Source: Balanoglossus misakiensis
Taxonomy: Eukaryota > Animalia > Hemichordata
DNA length: 64,000 bases
Direction: 5' to 3'
Assembly: GCA_040954595.2 (NCBI GenBank)
Contig: CM082585.2
Span: 6,287,808-6,351,807, forward strand
Within the stretch, counting starts at the first letter, position 1. Each line of letters opens with the position of its first letter. A program made the position numbers and the translations under genes. Shown here piece by piece: positions 27,201-42,200 of the stretch. The notes under the pieces are model-generated. The model did not search any database. It had not been told where the DNA came from and saw only the letters and a program-made list of their open reading frames with translations.

Positions 27201-30200
27201 CCCAGCAAAAACAGTTCAAGAATATAAACACACTCCAAAGTCAGCTCAGCATATAAAATTCAAGATATCAATTGTGGACCAAAACGAGTACAGGTAGAAA
27301 GTGTTGCCAGGTGTTTCGAAAAGATTGCGTGTACACTGCCCTGCATTAACTGCAGCTATTAAAATTAACATATTAACAATGATATACCCACATCTCATTT
27401 CAAAACACTGGAGATGCAGAACTCCATGCCAGGATGACATATCGACAATTCATACTTTGGACTGGTTTTATCTCTGATGTGTACTTTTGTATCCATTTAT
27501 TATCAGCCATTTCATGCACTGTGTAAGTTTATCACCTTTGGTACTTTGCTGATGTATTTAAGTTTGATGCACCCCATTGATATCAGTCTACCTGTATGTC
27601 TAGACTGTCCACAGCCTGTTGTGTTACTTTGGCCTTTTATTTGTTAAACTACTTTTGGAGTTTCATGTTATCAATACTTGGGTATGGAAAATCCACCATG
27701 AGTGTACGGCAATTTCTAGTGATATACCGCACTGTAAAGTGTAAAATTACGTTCATGCTTTATTAATAGCGAATTTTGATTTTCAGTAAAATCAGTGTGT
27801 TTCTAATTTACCCAAACAGACATCTTCAACCATGGAAAATAAAGGGAAAATTTTAAGTTAGCAATAGCACCATCTGAAATTAGCGAATTAACAGATCTAG
27901 ATAAATGAGCTAAAATAACATGCTGGCTCACAAGACACGTTTTACAGTATATTGCGTACAGGCTATGTCATTAGTTTTAGAGACCGAGAGATCAACGCCA
28001 GTATGTCTGGTAATTTGTGACCTATGTTGTCTTTCCAAGTTGGACCGTCATTATGTTGTAGTGTATCAGATAACATGATCTTACATGTCAGACCTAAAGA
28101 ATCAATAAAACAAGGGATGGCCAGCCCAGTAACTTAATCTCACTTTCTCTTTTCTCTAAAAACAAAACAGAACCTCAATGTGAGGTCACATCCCTGTATT
28201 TTGTCAAACAGCTGTTTTCTATCAGGTCACAAATCTGCGCTGTACACCTACAGACATTGTGATGTATGTTTCGGGTGTTTAAAATTTAATCACATTTCAC
28301 ATTACTCGCGATGATTTTTCGGTCGAGATAAGAATCTATGTTTTTCAGCATTTCTTGCAAAAGTTTAATGTTGAAGCTAAGAACATTTAGATGTTAAAAA
28401 ATAAACCAGTTGTATTTGTAAGAGCGTTCTGACATTCTAAAGGTCACCGAAGGCCAATACACTCCTGTGAGGGGTATGCTGGCTCTAAAACGAAGTGCCA
28501 AAGGTCAAGGGTCAGGGACGATTTTCAGTACAGACCAGTTTCTGATCTAGACATCATTTGGTTTTGACAGATTTCCGTGAGAAATCTTTACAGCTGTCCT
28601 ACACCAGTACCACATTTAATTACGATCTGTAAAACCAGTAATACATTATTTCAACACATAAATGAGAGAGATGAGAGTTATTGGGTCAACAATATCACAC
28701 ACTGATTTGACAGAATGTCTTGGGAAGGTGACTTTATTTCTTACAAAATATTGGATTTTTGATTCATTCAGAACAGACAATTCAACAGTGATCTTACACA
28801 TAGCTTTTTACTTGAGATTCGTGATAACCTGCTGGCTGTGTTACAACTTTTCCAAAGAGAAATATTACGAAATATCTGGACGCATTTTTATTGTCAGCAA
28901 TTGCTGTCCAAAGTCACAACTGTGCCTCAGGCAATAGAACATGAAAAATATTTATGGAGGAAATCGTAGAACACATTATTGACCCAAAATTTATTGTGTG
29001 CTTGATGCTTGTGGACCCCTTGGGGTGATCAGGTCACGTGAGGTCAAAATATTGCCTACAGAACAGACTTACTACTTCTTCATTTGAATTTGTAGATTTT
29101 AGTTGGATGAATATATGTTCCAGTCAAACTACGGTAGTCACATATTACAACCTATCTGTACTTTTCCATCTTGTAACATTTCATAGAAAGGGTTCTCTGA
29201 AATATATGTGTACACTTGGCGATAAAATGCCACAGCTAAGATATTATTAAAATATGAAATATGACGATGAAATCTAACATATTTAAAACAGTGCGGATCT
29301 GTTTGACAAACTCTGTTGATATTAACATCACCAGAGAGGGGAAAATAGATTTCTTCACCGATTAAAAATATTTCATGAAGCAAGTCAGCTTCTTGAATTA
29401 ATTACCAAAATACAGAAACATGTTTTCAGGATATTTTCATTCATCAAATAAAAAATAAACCAGGACTATTTTTTTCCGAACTTGGTGACATGTATCGAAA
29501 CGATATGAACACTGTAAGATTTTCAAAATTTCACTCTAGGTATTCACTGGATATTAGGGCAATGCTGGACACTTCGTTCTTTGAGTCATGATAAATTCAG
29601 ATAATCATCTGACAGACAAAATTGTACATGAAATGAGAGTTAATTAAATTGACATTAAAACTATTACCATGATTTAACAAGATTAGCTGATACATGTGTT
29701 CAAGTAGATTACATTTACTACAGTACATCATTCGACCTTTTGACATCACTGTATCAATCAGCATGGATTTTGTTTTTTATGTAAACTGGATTTATCTAGA
29801 TCTGCATCTGGATCTGTCACTTGACTAGACTCTATGGTAACATCCTTTCAAACTTAACATCGTTCACATTCGGAGACCAAAGTTGATAAACTATCAATTT
29901 ACATCATCTGTGTTCTCATTTACATCTCCCTACTGCCCCCCTCCCCCTCCCCCTCCCCCCTCTCACCGACGAAACCATTTGACACAGTAGATGGCGAACA
30001 AGATATATCAAATATATAGTATTTGACACAAAGCATACAGTTTTAAGACCGGTAATTGTGGAAATAATTTCATATTTAACTTCCATTTTAACCAGACAGT
30101 ATCTATATGACCATTGTGTAATACCTTAGGAATAAAAGTATGCTACATTGATATATGCGAACATGAAAAACACCATAACTTTTCCGGGTAAATATTTTAA

Positions 30201-33200
30201 CCTTTGGACTTGTTTAATTATAAAATATTATCCCTCTTCCCCTCAATTCTGCAAGGACCATACTGAATGGGAAAGATGTATTTCTCATGTCAACCACACT
30301 GCAATTAACTGTCAGCCATTGCCTAAGTACAAACAGTGCCATGTCCAACAGGAGATTCATTTCCCATTAGTGGGTCACGGTACTTGTCGATAAATTTTCG
30401 TTCTTGCATAATTTTTTTTTCTTGCATAATATCGGGATTTCGAAAATTATAATCTATGTCCATGCAGCTGGTTTGGGGTACTGGACGCTTGTATGACAGA
30501 TACGTGACAGATACGTACGACAGATGAGCGAGACAGGTGGGCTCATCTGCAGAAACACAGAAAGGCCAAATCTCATAGGTTAGAGCAATCCCCGCACCTG
30601 GTGTACACCTGTTTCACACAGATATCAAGTGACCAATCACAAACAACACTGCAAGACCAAATCTGGGTCAGACATGACATGCAGATGGCATGCAGGAAGT
30701 ATGCAATGGATAAAACTGAAGGACTACATATACAGCTTGATTGTGAAACAGCTGGGGAATGTCCAGTTCATATGGTGTAAATGGATCTCTTAATAGTAGT
30801 TTCACTGGTTGAATACTATGGCAAATCACTGTAAGAGAATTTGTCCTAAATACAAAACCATGTCTCCGCTTTCGAGACTGATTTCAAAATACAATGAAAA
30901 ACTCACCAAAATGAATAATCGGTCTCTACCATTTATTCATTTTGGGCGAGTTTTTACTCTCATATCATTTAAGTGGGATGGAAGTTGTGTGTGGTTGAAC
31001 GTTCATTCACTACACATCCACATGTAGAATAACATAAACAGTGTCTTGTATCAAACCTAATTAATGGAAAAAGGGCAGTGAGAGAGAAACTTTGTCCCTT
31101 TAAATAAGCAACAGAATCCCTGCAGAAGAGACCAGTCTGTACATTTCTACACATACTGGAACACCTGGAAATCCAAACTGAAATAACACATGGTTAGTCC
31201 AGGTGAATTAAACCATAATACTTACTGCTATGTCATCATGAGGGAAGGTCAACATATCCCTCTGGGGGTCATTGTGCATCAATGTCTTCTTCTGGACTAT
31301 AACTGCTTCATAGTCGATGGGTTCTACTATCTTGGGTTTGCCCTGCAGACAACAGAAATATTTTTTCTGGGTTACTCATTTGGTATGGTCTGCAAGCACA
31401 TAGAAGTACAGGCTATACTTACCCCAAAATATACAATAATTTTATGGGGTTTTAAACAGGAGTGGGAATTTTTGAATGTTTGGAAATAGTTTCTATGAAT
31501 GATAAATTTCGATGTACAATGTACACTCCAACTACTGAAGTGACACCAAGCAGTTGCCAAGATTCTGCATCTTCAGGTTTCAGTCTGATAACACAGTACA
31601 AGTAAGTGTTCAGGGGGGGGGGGGGATTTGTGACTATCAAATATATAACGCAATGACTGCGGTTTTTCTTTGAGACAAACTGCGCACCACAATCACTCCA
31701 CCCCTCTGCGCCAATGAAAACTCTTTTCTAAATATACCACGGCTCGCTGAAAGTAAAAATTAAATGAATCAATGACCTGTCAAATATTATATTCAATTTC
31801 CTCTCACAAGCACTGTTATATAGACGGTTGTCATGGTTGGAAACAAGAACGCTAATGTTGAATTCAATTTCGCAAAACACCTCCTTCATCTGTATAATAT
31901 TTTACAGGACTTTTGTTTGCCATCCTGGAAACACAGGATGTTTTTTTCACACAAAAAGTGTGATGTATGACGATGTCATTACCAGACTTTTAAACATCTC
32001 TATGTTGTTATGTTGCCACCCTCATTATATGTACTGTTACAGACAGTGTACCTTCTAACACATATCATTATGTCTTAAAAGCTTCAAGTCATGACGATTT
32101 CTAGAGATTTCTCTGAGTCACCCTATACCTTTGCATGCAGTGTTGAAAATTGCATGTAGCATTGAAAATTGCATGAAGTGTTGAAACTTTTCTTGAGTCA
32201 CCAGTGAGTTTATTGAGTAAAGGGCACATCATATGGGCTTAGAGGGAACAATAGTTACAGGTAACACACGCACACAATTTTCATTTTTTCCCCATCAAAG
32301 ACATTTTTCTGCATTTCTATTTTAATTGACATGCACAAATGTTGACTCTGCTAAGTTTAACCTGGGGCGATTTCTGAACAGGCATGGACCAGTATCTGAA
32401 AGATGCTGTGAGGGACATGTTACCGCACAAATAAAATACCAGTACACTAAATCTTCAGTCATCCAGTAGACAGCAACCGATATACACCGACGAGAATTCC
32501 ACAACTATAGTTTATTCTTGACTTACAAAAATTAGCATCATATGGACATGAATATCACAAGCTGCCTTGGATTATGGTAGAAGAGTCTGCTAAAATTGTT
32601 AACAAGCTGTTTGTTTTGAAATCCAAAACCCTTTGGGTGTGCGTACAAACACTGCTTTCAAAGCGAAATATAAGGTTTCATACTTTCACTGAACACACAT
32701 GTACATGAATGTAAATCTTGTGACTAACAAACTTGATGATAAATTTCAATAGAGATATTTTTCATTTTTCACTATTTACCAATGTCTCCACTTTTGTAGT
32801 TCTGTTATGAACTTTATAGTTTATCCATACTCATATATTTGATAATCCTGTCTTTGAACAGTCAGAGCAAAAACGTTAAAACAATACACGATTTTAGCAT
32901 TAATATACACCAATGTAATTTATTTCCAAAGATGAAATATGAGTGTTAGACTTGATATTGTTGTTGATTTTGAATATCTCTTATTACCGATACAATGCAA
33001 GCTGATGATCACTGTTAGCTAATAGTATCTGTCTCTGAAACATGATACAATTTTTATTCCCATGATCTCTGACTAAATACACGAAATCTGTCACTGGGCA
33101 CGATAGCTGGAATCATTCTTTACAGACGTATAATTTCTAATCAACATGCGATACTTGATGACAGTAATCAGATACATGGACTGACTGATATTCTCTGGGT

Positions 33201-36200
33201 TCATCTAATAATGTTCATAGTAAATAGCAAGTCAAAAGAAATTAGATTAAACTAAATAATATCAAAAGTTAGTGTCTTTGTCCCTTTAAGATACAATTTT
33301 CACAGGCACAATTCAAGCATCTAAGCTGGGCGTTCGGAGTTTCCATATAGATATAGAACTAAGATGTACATCATTATATGTCTATTAAACATATATACCG
33401 GGACTTTATCTGTCATCGTAAATATTCCTCATATCACTAATGATGCTGTAAAACAATTCACTGGACCCTTGCCCACAGTCAAACGCGGAGATTTATAGCA
33501 GATTCTGTGATCAAATAGTGCGTCATTAAAAGATACTTTCCTGAATGACTGTGCATTGTCATCCCAACTGAAATTGATATAACGTTGATTTACGAGAGCG
33601 TAGATGTCCCTGTATTACTGTAAAACGAGAAATTTTCGTGACAGGAATTTTTTGCGATATCAAAAAAGGCAACTGTTACACGACAATTAATTTTTCGCGT
33701 TCTCGTATTTCACTGCATCGTTATCTACAAAAAAAACATTATCACTCGACTTTTTTTATTTTTGCATTCTTTTGGTTTTCGTGTAGTTCGTGAAAATTTA
33801 TCATTCGCGAAAATTTCCCGTTTTACAGTAGCTAGCTTTGGCTTCAGAGATGAGTGAATGGACAAAATTCACTGAAACTCATGGTTGACACAAAAATGTG
33901 CATTTTTACTGTGATTTTTTTTAATTTTATGATCCATTTAGCAATGTATATCAGATCAGATCTCGTATACGTTAAGAATGACATGAGGGCAGGTAACATG
34001 AACTCTCTTGATGACAGGAAGTAAAGTTGGCTTGACGCTAATAATATGATCCATGGGAAACACATCTATCATGTCGCAGAGCATTTGGTGAGGCGAAGTC
34101 TTGTGACAACACAGATTTACTTCATTGAGAATTTGCATGAAATAATCGGAACTGTACGATTTCATTGACAGTTTCTGGGGGTCCTGTTTTTATCATTCTT
34201 TATTTCCTTGCTGGAATCAATAAATCCCGATCTTATCCATCATCAAGCTGATCAACCATCATAAATTGCAAGACAACACCAGGGATCAAACTATTCGAAT
34301 ACCGGACGTAAACAAATGAAAACAGAACGATTCGCTGACGGCAATGCAAAGACACACAGCACGTACATTCGACATTTAGATAAAACGGAAAAAAGCAGAC
34401 ATGAAATTACTTTACATTCTTATTTTGACTTAATATCTCCACACATCAGGTATTCATTTGATATTTGGTAGTAAACAAAAACACTTCCCTTTTTTGAAAT
34501 ACAATATTTTAATCCTTGAAAGCAAGTCTCTTGCTTGAAATTCATATGATGGTATATATTTATTGTTGGAGGTGAAGACAACCCCCCCCCCATCCTCCGA
34601 TGCCTTAACCCTTTTACCCCCATTTCCATCTACAGAGGTCGAAACTTACCATAGAAAACAAAAGCTTTGGACTGAACCATGGTGTTGAAAGGGTCAATGT
34701 GGCATTCTAGAGGAAATACTGGGTAACATCCTTCTTGGACTTATGACTGTGTGAAATACCTAACCCATGATTATAAACAGTATGCAGGATTCCTGGTACA
34801 TTGTGGTCAGTGTTTCTTTGAACACAATAGAGTAAATGGCAAATGAACTCTAATGCAATTATGGATGAATACTGATAGAATTAATTGCCTGATTGAAGCC
34901 AGAAGAATTTCCACTCCAGCCATATTGAACTGGACATATGTAACTTCTCACAATCTTTTCAGTGTTCTTGTTCAGTTCAAAGGAACAATAGTGTATTTGA
35001 GTAGAACAAGAAACTGTAGCTGATGCACAAGCCAAAATAGTGAAATAATCATTAAAAGTAACAGCAACTGTCCCTTTAATAACTACAGTTTCTCTTGTTC
35101 TGCCATGACTGCTGGCTAACACTGATGTACACCAAGACACCAAAATATTCAGCTCGTCAACACAGCCTACATGTACATTGTATAGCCACCTCTGTTATTG
35201 TTGACATCTGAATTAAAGACTGACCTCACATTCAACCGTCAACAATAACAAGGCACATTTACGCAAACCGTGTCAACCAGAAGAAAGCAAGGTGTTACCT
35301 CATGCTTCAGGTAGTCGCCCAAGAATCTAGTTGATAAATTACAAAAAATACCACGAAAATTACCAAATGTGAGGTCTGATTGCTCTTAATTTGAAATTAT
35401 CACTCGCCATACACAGTGTAACACAGCATGGCGATTTTTTTTTTCTGGAACAAGGGATTTTTTTCTGGAACAAGGCATAAATTCATAGTTGGTTGCTGTG
35501 TGTGAGTGACTAAAGACTTTTAAGCAGTATAACGCATCTATTGATGGATTCTATAGATTACACCATTGAATACAAAATTCTTCTAACACATGACCAGACA
35601 CACACGGGTGGTGCGTTCAATACAATTACTACAATAATGTACTTGTAGCTTTCACTGCACTGTGCATATCTGTAATTGAATTACACAATGCAGTCGGCAA
35701 AAAAATATCTCTACAGACCATTTGCTATGAATTTCCATTCATGTATATTGAAAAAAAAAAATCTTTTGAGAAATAAATATTGCTAAAAATAAGATTCACA
35801 ATTGTTACATATTAATGAAGTCGTTTTAAAATATACCAGTGACTAGACCAAAATGAACTCGTGAATAAGTAGGGTACAATAAGACAGCTTAATGTAAATA
35901 TCATTTCAATAGACTCTATGAATATTTGAACAATAGCCCATGGTATTATTATAAAACTGGCGACCGGCCCTATTTAAACCAAACACAATTGACTTTGCCT
36001 GGGGTTTCTCACAATGCAGAAATTGCCTCAGATGACAATGAAAGTAATCAATATCCAGTGTTTATTTTTGTGAATAATAACAAAATGTTAGAAGCCCGCT
36101 GCGGCTTCGGTGAGGACAGCAGGGTTTTACATGACGCGCATTTCTGCGTCCTTTACGCACAAAACTGGGCGTGGGACCCGTCAAAAACTAAACCATGCGT

Positions 36201-39200
36201 CCCTTGGGACGCATGAAATATGTCTGTTGTTGAGACCCTTGTTGCGCGTTTCCTGATATCTAATGGGTGTACGCGTACACAGAGAGTCAATTAAACAGTT
36301 AATGACCTTATGACCTGTAATCGATACTGATTAACAGTTTCATAGCAAACTTGTAGCAAACTTGGTTTATTGTTGAATTTGATACAGTTTACGTACACGC
36401 AGTCACCCTCTTGGGAATTGTAAGTTACACTGCGATATCACGCCCTATATCGCACTTGGCTGTGTGCAAGCAGTGAACTACCGTGACTCCTATTGCTCTG
36501 AAACCAACTCCGTCCATGAGTACCAGCAGTCTTAGTTTTGTTGAAAACCCTGAACTTAAACTTTAAATATAGATTCAGCTGCAAATTTCTCGCATAAGAC
36601 TATAAGAAGACCAAGTTGAGAGTACATGTACTGGTATTCTCCATATTATATGCTTTAGGTCAAAGGGTCACTCATAAGGTGATGTTCAAGATGGGACCCC
36701 TAGCCATACTACAGTTGATCTTGGAATTACTCCCTATATCTTGTAGACAATATCATTTTATGATTTGGATTGGTATTGATTCTTACAACCGTTGCCCATT
36801 CACAGAAGGATTTTCTAATTTCCAGCATTGATAAAATGATAAAATTTTCTGGTGAAATAAATTGGGACCCCCATGGTTTGATGTAGGACCCCCATTTTTC
36901 AACACTAGGAGTCCCAGGGACTCCCAAAAGTAAAAAGTGATGTAAAACCCTGGGACAGTCTGGGCTTTCGGTGACCTTCTGATTTTTCGTACTTTTTTGT
37001 GATTAATTACACTGGGAGAGACGCGAAACAAAGCATTATCAGCTGTCTCGGCAGCTGACTTTTGAAGTGTTTTCATATTGCAGGTTATCAAATTGAAACT
37101 GATCTCTCGATGACAGGTTTAGGGCCACTTCCACCTCTCGAAGTGTCGCAGCATGGTAGATCGCGACATGGACCGCTCAGCTGGACTCGGAACACACTGA
37201 AATTACTTTGAAGGGAACCAGGAAGTGACACACGTCCAGTCCAGCCCATCCTGGACCAGCAAATGTCATCCCACCGCACTAACACCAATTCAACTCAATA
37301 AAAAAGTCAACACAAAAATTCCAAGTCTCACCTTGTAAAAACTCACATTGGAAGACTCCGACTCCAGAAGATCACTTTCCGAAATCGTTAACAAATTAGA
37401 ATGTAGGTGTCCATTGGTAGCTGCCATGCTAGAACTGTTGGCCAGCTAAATGAAATAAAAGTTGATCGGCTGTGGGAGTTGGGGGCCCTGGGGTTGACGG
37501 CACTATTCGTAACACGATCCACACAGGACGTTTCCATATTTCACACAAACCACACTAGAGGCCCTCTTTTCCTTAGCAATGCATCATTCACAATCATTTA
37601 CTCCACGGACAGTTCCATTACAAGAGGTGCTATCCTGGATATTCCATTTCGGCAGGGGTGTGACCCGGCCCTGAATTTTTACAACGCGTATTGTGATGGA
37701 CACAAGTATACCATGAATAATAATACAATTTCCAGCCAGCAATAAATCTCACAAAGAAATTAAACTTTAAAAAAAAATCACCAATGATTTATATTGGAAG
37801 TGCTCTTTTGTCTACTTCCTTTTAATTCTTTTGTTCACTGAAATTGCAATATTTTTGCCATGCATGTACTATTTTCCATTGATTTAATTTATCCTTTTTA
37901 TATTATATAGTTTTATGCATAGGTTACAGTTATTTTCAAAATTAATAAACACAATTTTTAACCTGGTGTAGAGAATTCACAAGCATTTCCCAATAGGTAT
38001 ACAATATTGATATAACATAGCATACAGCAGTGTTATAATTAAACAATAGTCTTTTCACAAAAGTGACATATGAACTTACTACATATATTATGAGTTACCA
38101 CATGCATGAGGAACCAGGAGAATAACCTTTTGACATCTTTCACTTTCACAACCAGAAATTGCTCTAACCCTATTGTATTCTACAATCGTGTTGATCCAAA
38201 TACAGGAAATGGGGATGAAAGGGTCCAAGTAAGTTGCATTTCAACACCACGTCAGGGTTGCCAACTTTCAATGGTACAGGGCGTTACTTTAAATCACTTC
38301 ATTTTTCTCCTTGCCATGATTTGTTGCCAAGGACACAGAAAGAACCAACTTTTGAGGTTATTCCCTGTTAAGACGCAAAGTTGTGTGCTTCCAGTGTTTA
38401 CTGTAGTGGCGAGCTACAAAACTGAACCGGTCTCACTTTTGCATATTTGAAATTGCGTACATGGTTTTGCTTTGTTTTGTAAAGACATGACAAGTGTGTT
38501 TCAAATACAACGCATTCCGATGTAAAATCAGCCGCATAATATTAGCTCTGGGTGTAGTACACACTGTGAGGTCAAAGGTCAATGCCCCCATCAATCTAAC
38601 CTTAATACATCTGTATGGGGTGAATGGAAAGTTGGGCATTATTACACTGGTGAAGTCTGCCTAAATTGAACTCACCCACATATAATCTTACGTAATAAAC
38701 ATGACCGTTTAGGACAAATATCAAACATTTGTATATATAAAAGAAAAAATAATTATTAAGAAATTAACACAAAGATTTTTGTGCAACTCCACGAAACAGA
38801 CATTTTAAACTTTTTTTGTTCTGCGTTGATTTCTTTCATTATTTTATCCAATTTTTCATTTTTTTTCATTTCCGACAAAATACAATATTACATACAGACA
38901 CTGAGTAATATCAAATGTACATGTCTGTATAGAATACCTAATTCACAAAATGCTGATGTTATGAGAAAAAAATACCTAATTCAAGAAATGCTGATATTTT
39001 GAGGAAAAAAATAATTGTATCATAAATTTATCAAGAAAGTATACATAGAAAAAGATTTCCAGAATATAAAATATCTGAATTGTTTTATGTAAGATGGCTG
39101 ACGTAGATGTATATGTATTTTCAATCTAATAACACACTGTCTGTGACGTAAGAAAACAGACCACGCAATTAAACCCAACAACCACTGAGTTTCTGGTCGT

Positions 39201-42200
39201 AAAAATCTTACCTGAAAATTCTGAATGTCAGTGGTTTCGGTAATCACGATCGAAATTGATGATTTGAATTCAGTCTCACCGTAATCCATGCTGTCACGTA
39301 AGACGGGAAGCCATCTGGGGTTATTTCGCGAGTTTTGGAAAAATGACGATGTTCCAAGACTAATAGGAGCTGGCTACGTACATTGGATGTTATTCCATGA
39401 GTGTGTGTAGAGCTGTTGAGCTGCCTACACGAAAATTGATGATGTCACTCACGAAGTCGGTCTACTGTAGACGCGGCGAGTAACGAGGAGAATACTTGAC
39501 GAGATGGCTCCTACCAAATACAGCAACAGATGCGGGGGGACATAATTAACAACATTCACGGAATTGATATTCAAGATCGGCGCACCGGCCGTAATTGATT
39601 GATGCAATTTTTTTATTCCTCCTCGGAGATTTCACCGTTCAAATACATCTGCTCCGTTTTCGACGTACCGGGGACAGGCAACATCTCAAAACGGAAATGG
39701 CAAATCTTCAAGCGTGCATTTCATACTTCTAACACACTTGGAAACTGCGAAGACATATTTTAACGTCTTGAGATTGTGTTTCACACAAATTAGACAAATC
39801 AAGTTACGTACTATAGATTTCTCAAAATAAACCACTTATAATTCCTTTATAATGCACTTTCTTGCAGTCAGCTCAGACTAGAACACTTGTAAAAACTGAC
39901 TGCTGTACGTGACATCTGGTAAAAAATTCTGCCAGGGTATTATCGCAAATCTAAACTTGTTTACAACACATCCCTAATGTATGTCTTTTTTCACTACTAA
40001 TGGTACAGGGAGATATGGGGGAAATATTCTATCTCAAATAGTAAAAAAACATGCACTTTGATTTGAAGGCCATCATCATTGCTATGATAAGTTAAGATTG
40101 AAAAGAATTCAATCATAAGAAGTCAATGCCATGCATTCTAATAAATGTCTCAAAAGATGTTGTTTTCAGTGAGAGCAAAAAAATGTCACTTTTTCAATCA
40201 ATAGTATTTTTACAAAGATAATCGTGATAAAAGCGTCTGAAATGATCCATGTGGAGACAGATCAAAAGTTTCAACGTCACTAGGCAACCCCCCTGGGACC
40301 AGGCAACACATTCACACTTGTTCAGCTGGCTAAGGAGTCAAATCCCGCAACTGACGGCCAATACAAATGAGCTACCAGGCTCAGTCAAGGAAACGTAATG
40401 CACGGTCGTCTCAGGCGAGTAAGCCATGAAGCTAAATCCAGTTTGGATGCAAAACCAGTACTTTAACTCTAGAGGGCAGCATTACAAGATAAAAGAGATC
40501 CGAGATGATCTATAGCTTCCTATGGCTGAATGCACTCACATGTATGTAGCCTTCAACATCATATGAAAGAATTGAAATCTCCCATTATTCATTATTTGTC
40601 GATTGCATAGTTCCTTTGACTGCCCTTGATTTGAACAATAATTAGAATGATTAGTCTTGTTATAAACAGGTAATTAAATCAGTGGTAATTTGAGGAGGAA
40701 ATACCAGCCAATCATGATGTAGAATCAATTTGACAAGTGACATTGGCCGTTGAATCAAAACACGACTTCTCTGTCACTGACCTGAAATTAACTTGACCTT
40801 GGCTGCTGAAATGGACAATGCAATGGGTGCATTCTAGGAAATATTAATATTTACATCTGATATTAACTAATTGAGAAGCATGGATATACAACTTTGTGAA
40901 TTAATCAATTGAGGATTCCCAAACCTGCCAGTACAAAGCAGACGATCTCAGACAAAAATTGATTGATGTGCGAGATAAACTGACTTAAGAACCTATTCAA
41001 TTATTAAAATTTAAAAGCATCAGTTGTCACAAATGAAAGCAGCATATATGAAATTGTATACATTTCCAAGTACATAGTAACATCCTTATAATTGTCTGTC
41101 ATGTTACTGAGTGAGATGCTTCTGTGTAAATACATGAGATCTTATCACTTTCCTCTACCAAGGCCATGGTCATGTTTTTACTGATTAAAGTGACATTGGC
41201 AAACAATTGCAACTATGTCATAAATTTCCTTTTTACGTTCATGTACACTGACAACACCACAGCAAGTTCACAACCTCTCATTATCACACTGGAGTCTGGA
41301 ATCTAGCCAGACGAAGGGCAAAGATCAAAAGGTCTGGTTACATGCTGGGCACATATAGCATGTGACAATGACAAAGTTAAAAATACATATCCTGGTTTTA
41401 GAAATCAAGGACGCGGACTTTTCACTATGTGAACACTTTTCTACCAGAAAATTTATATGTATAAATTGCTTTATGGAAAAAGCACTGGTCATATCATGTT
41501 ATATAAAAAAGACACTTTTCGTTTTCGTTTGTGTCTAGTTGTACTATAAGAGTATAAAAATGTAATACAAATATAACCCACTTTTAAACTGCGTAGAGAG
41601 ATAATCACTATTGAATACTGTTTTCTCAAGAGCAGACAGTGACACCCTAGTCTAAATTCATTAAGCACATCACATATTGATGGCATAAAATAATGAAATT
41701 TCACAACCTATTAAATATTACTATCATTTGTTAATTATTATCAAGGGAACACATGCATTGTGTTGAGGCAGTCACAACATCTGTCAGGCTATTTGAACTG
41801 AACTAAGTCAGTTGGTTCAAATAGCCTGGTTTATTTTTTTATTCTTGATTTGTATCACACATGACATCAATTTTATATTATTATTATTATTATTATTATT
41901 AGAGAACCATATATAACTTGTTAGTATGCCACAGTTGTATTTCTTGTTGACACCTGTTGGTAGATGGTGGACGCAAATGTGGTGGGAAATTCAATAAAAT
42001 GTATCTACACATAGGTGACATTTCATCGTATAAAATTAAAATTCGTCAAAGGCTTGGCACGGTACGGGGGTGCAACGGAATCCAAGAGTTATTTTGAGAG
42101 GGGTGTGTTCACACGAAAAAAAGGGAGGGGCTACCAATAGTACCATCACATACAAACCTGCCGACCGTACCGGACACTCGCGCGGACATATAATTGTCAC

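Noticed and set aside
32527-32541. Tiny extra first exon MMLIF|gtaagt
   Set aside because: No promoter-like context; expected by chance in an 11-kb intron.
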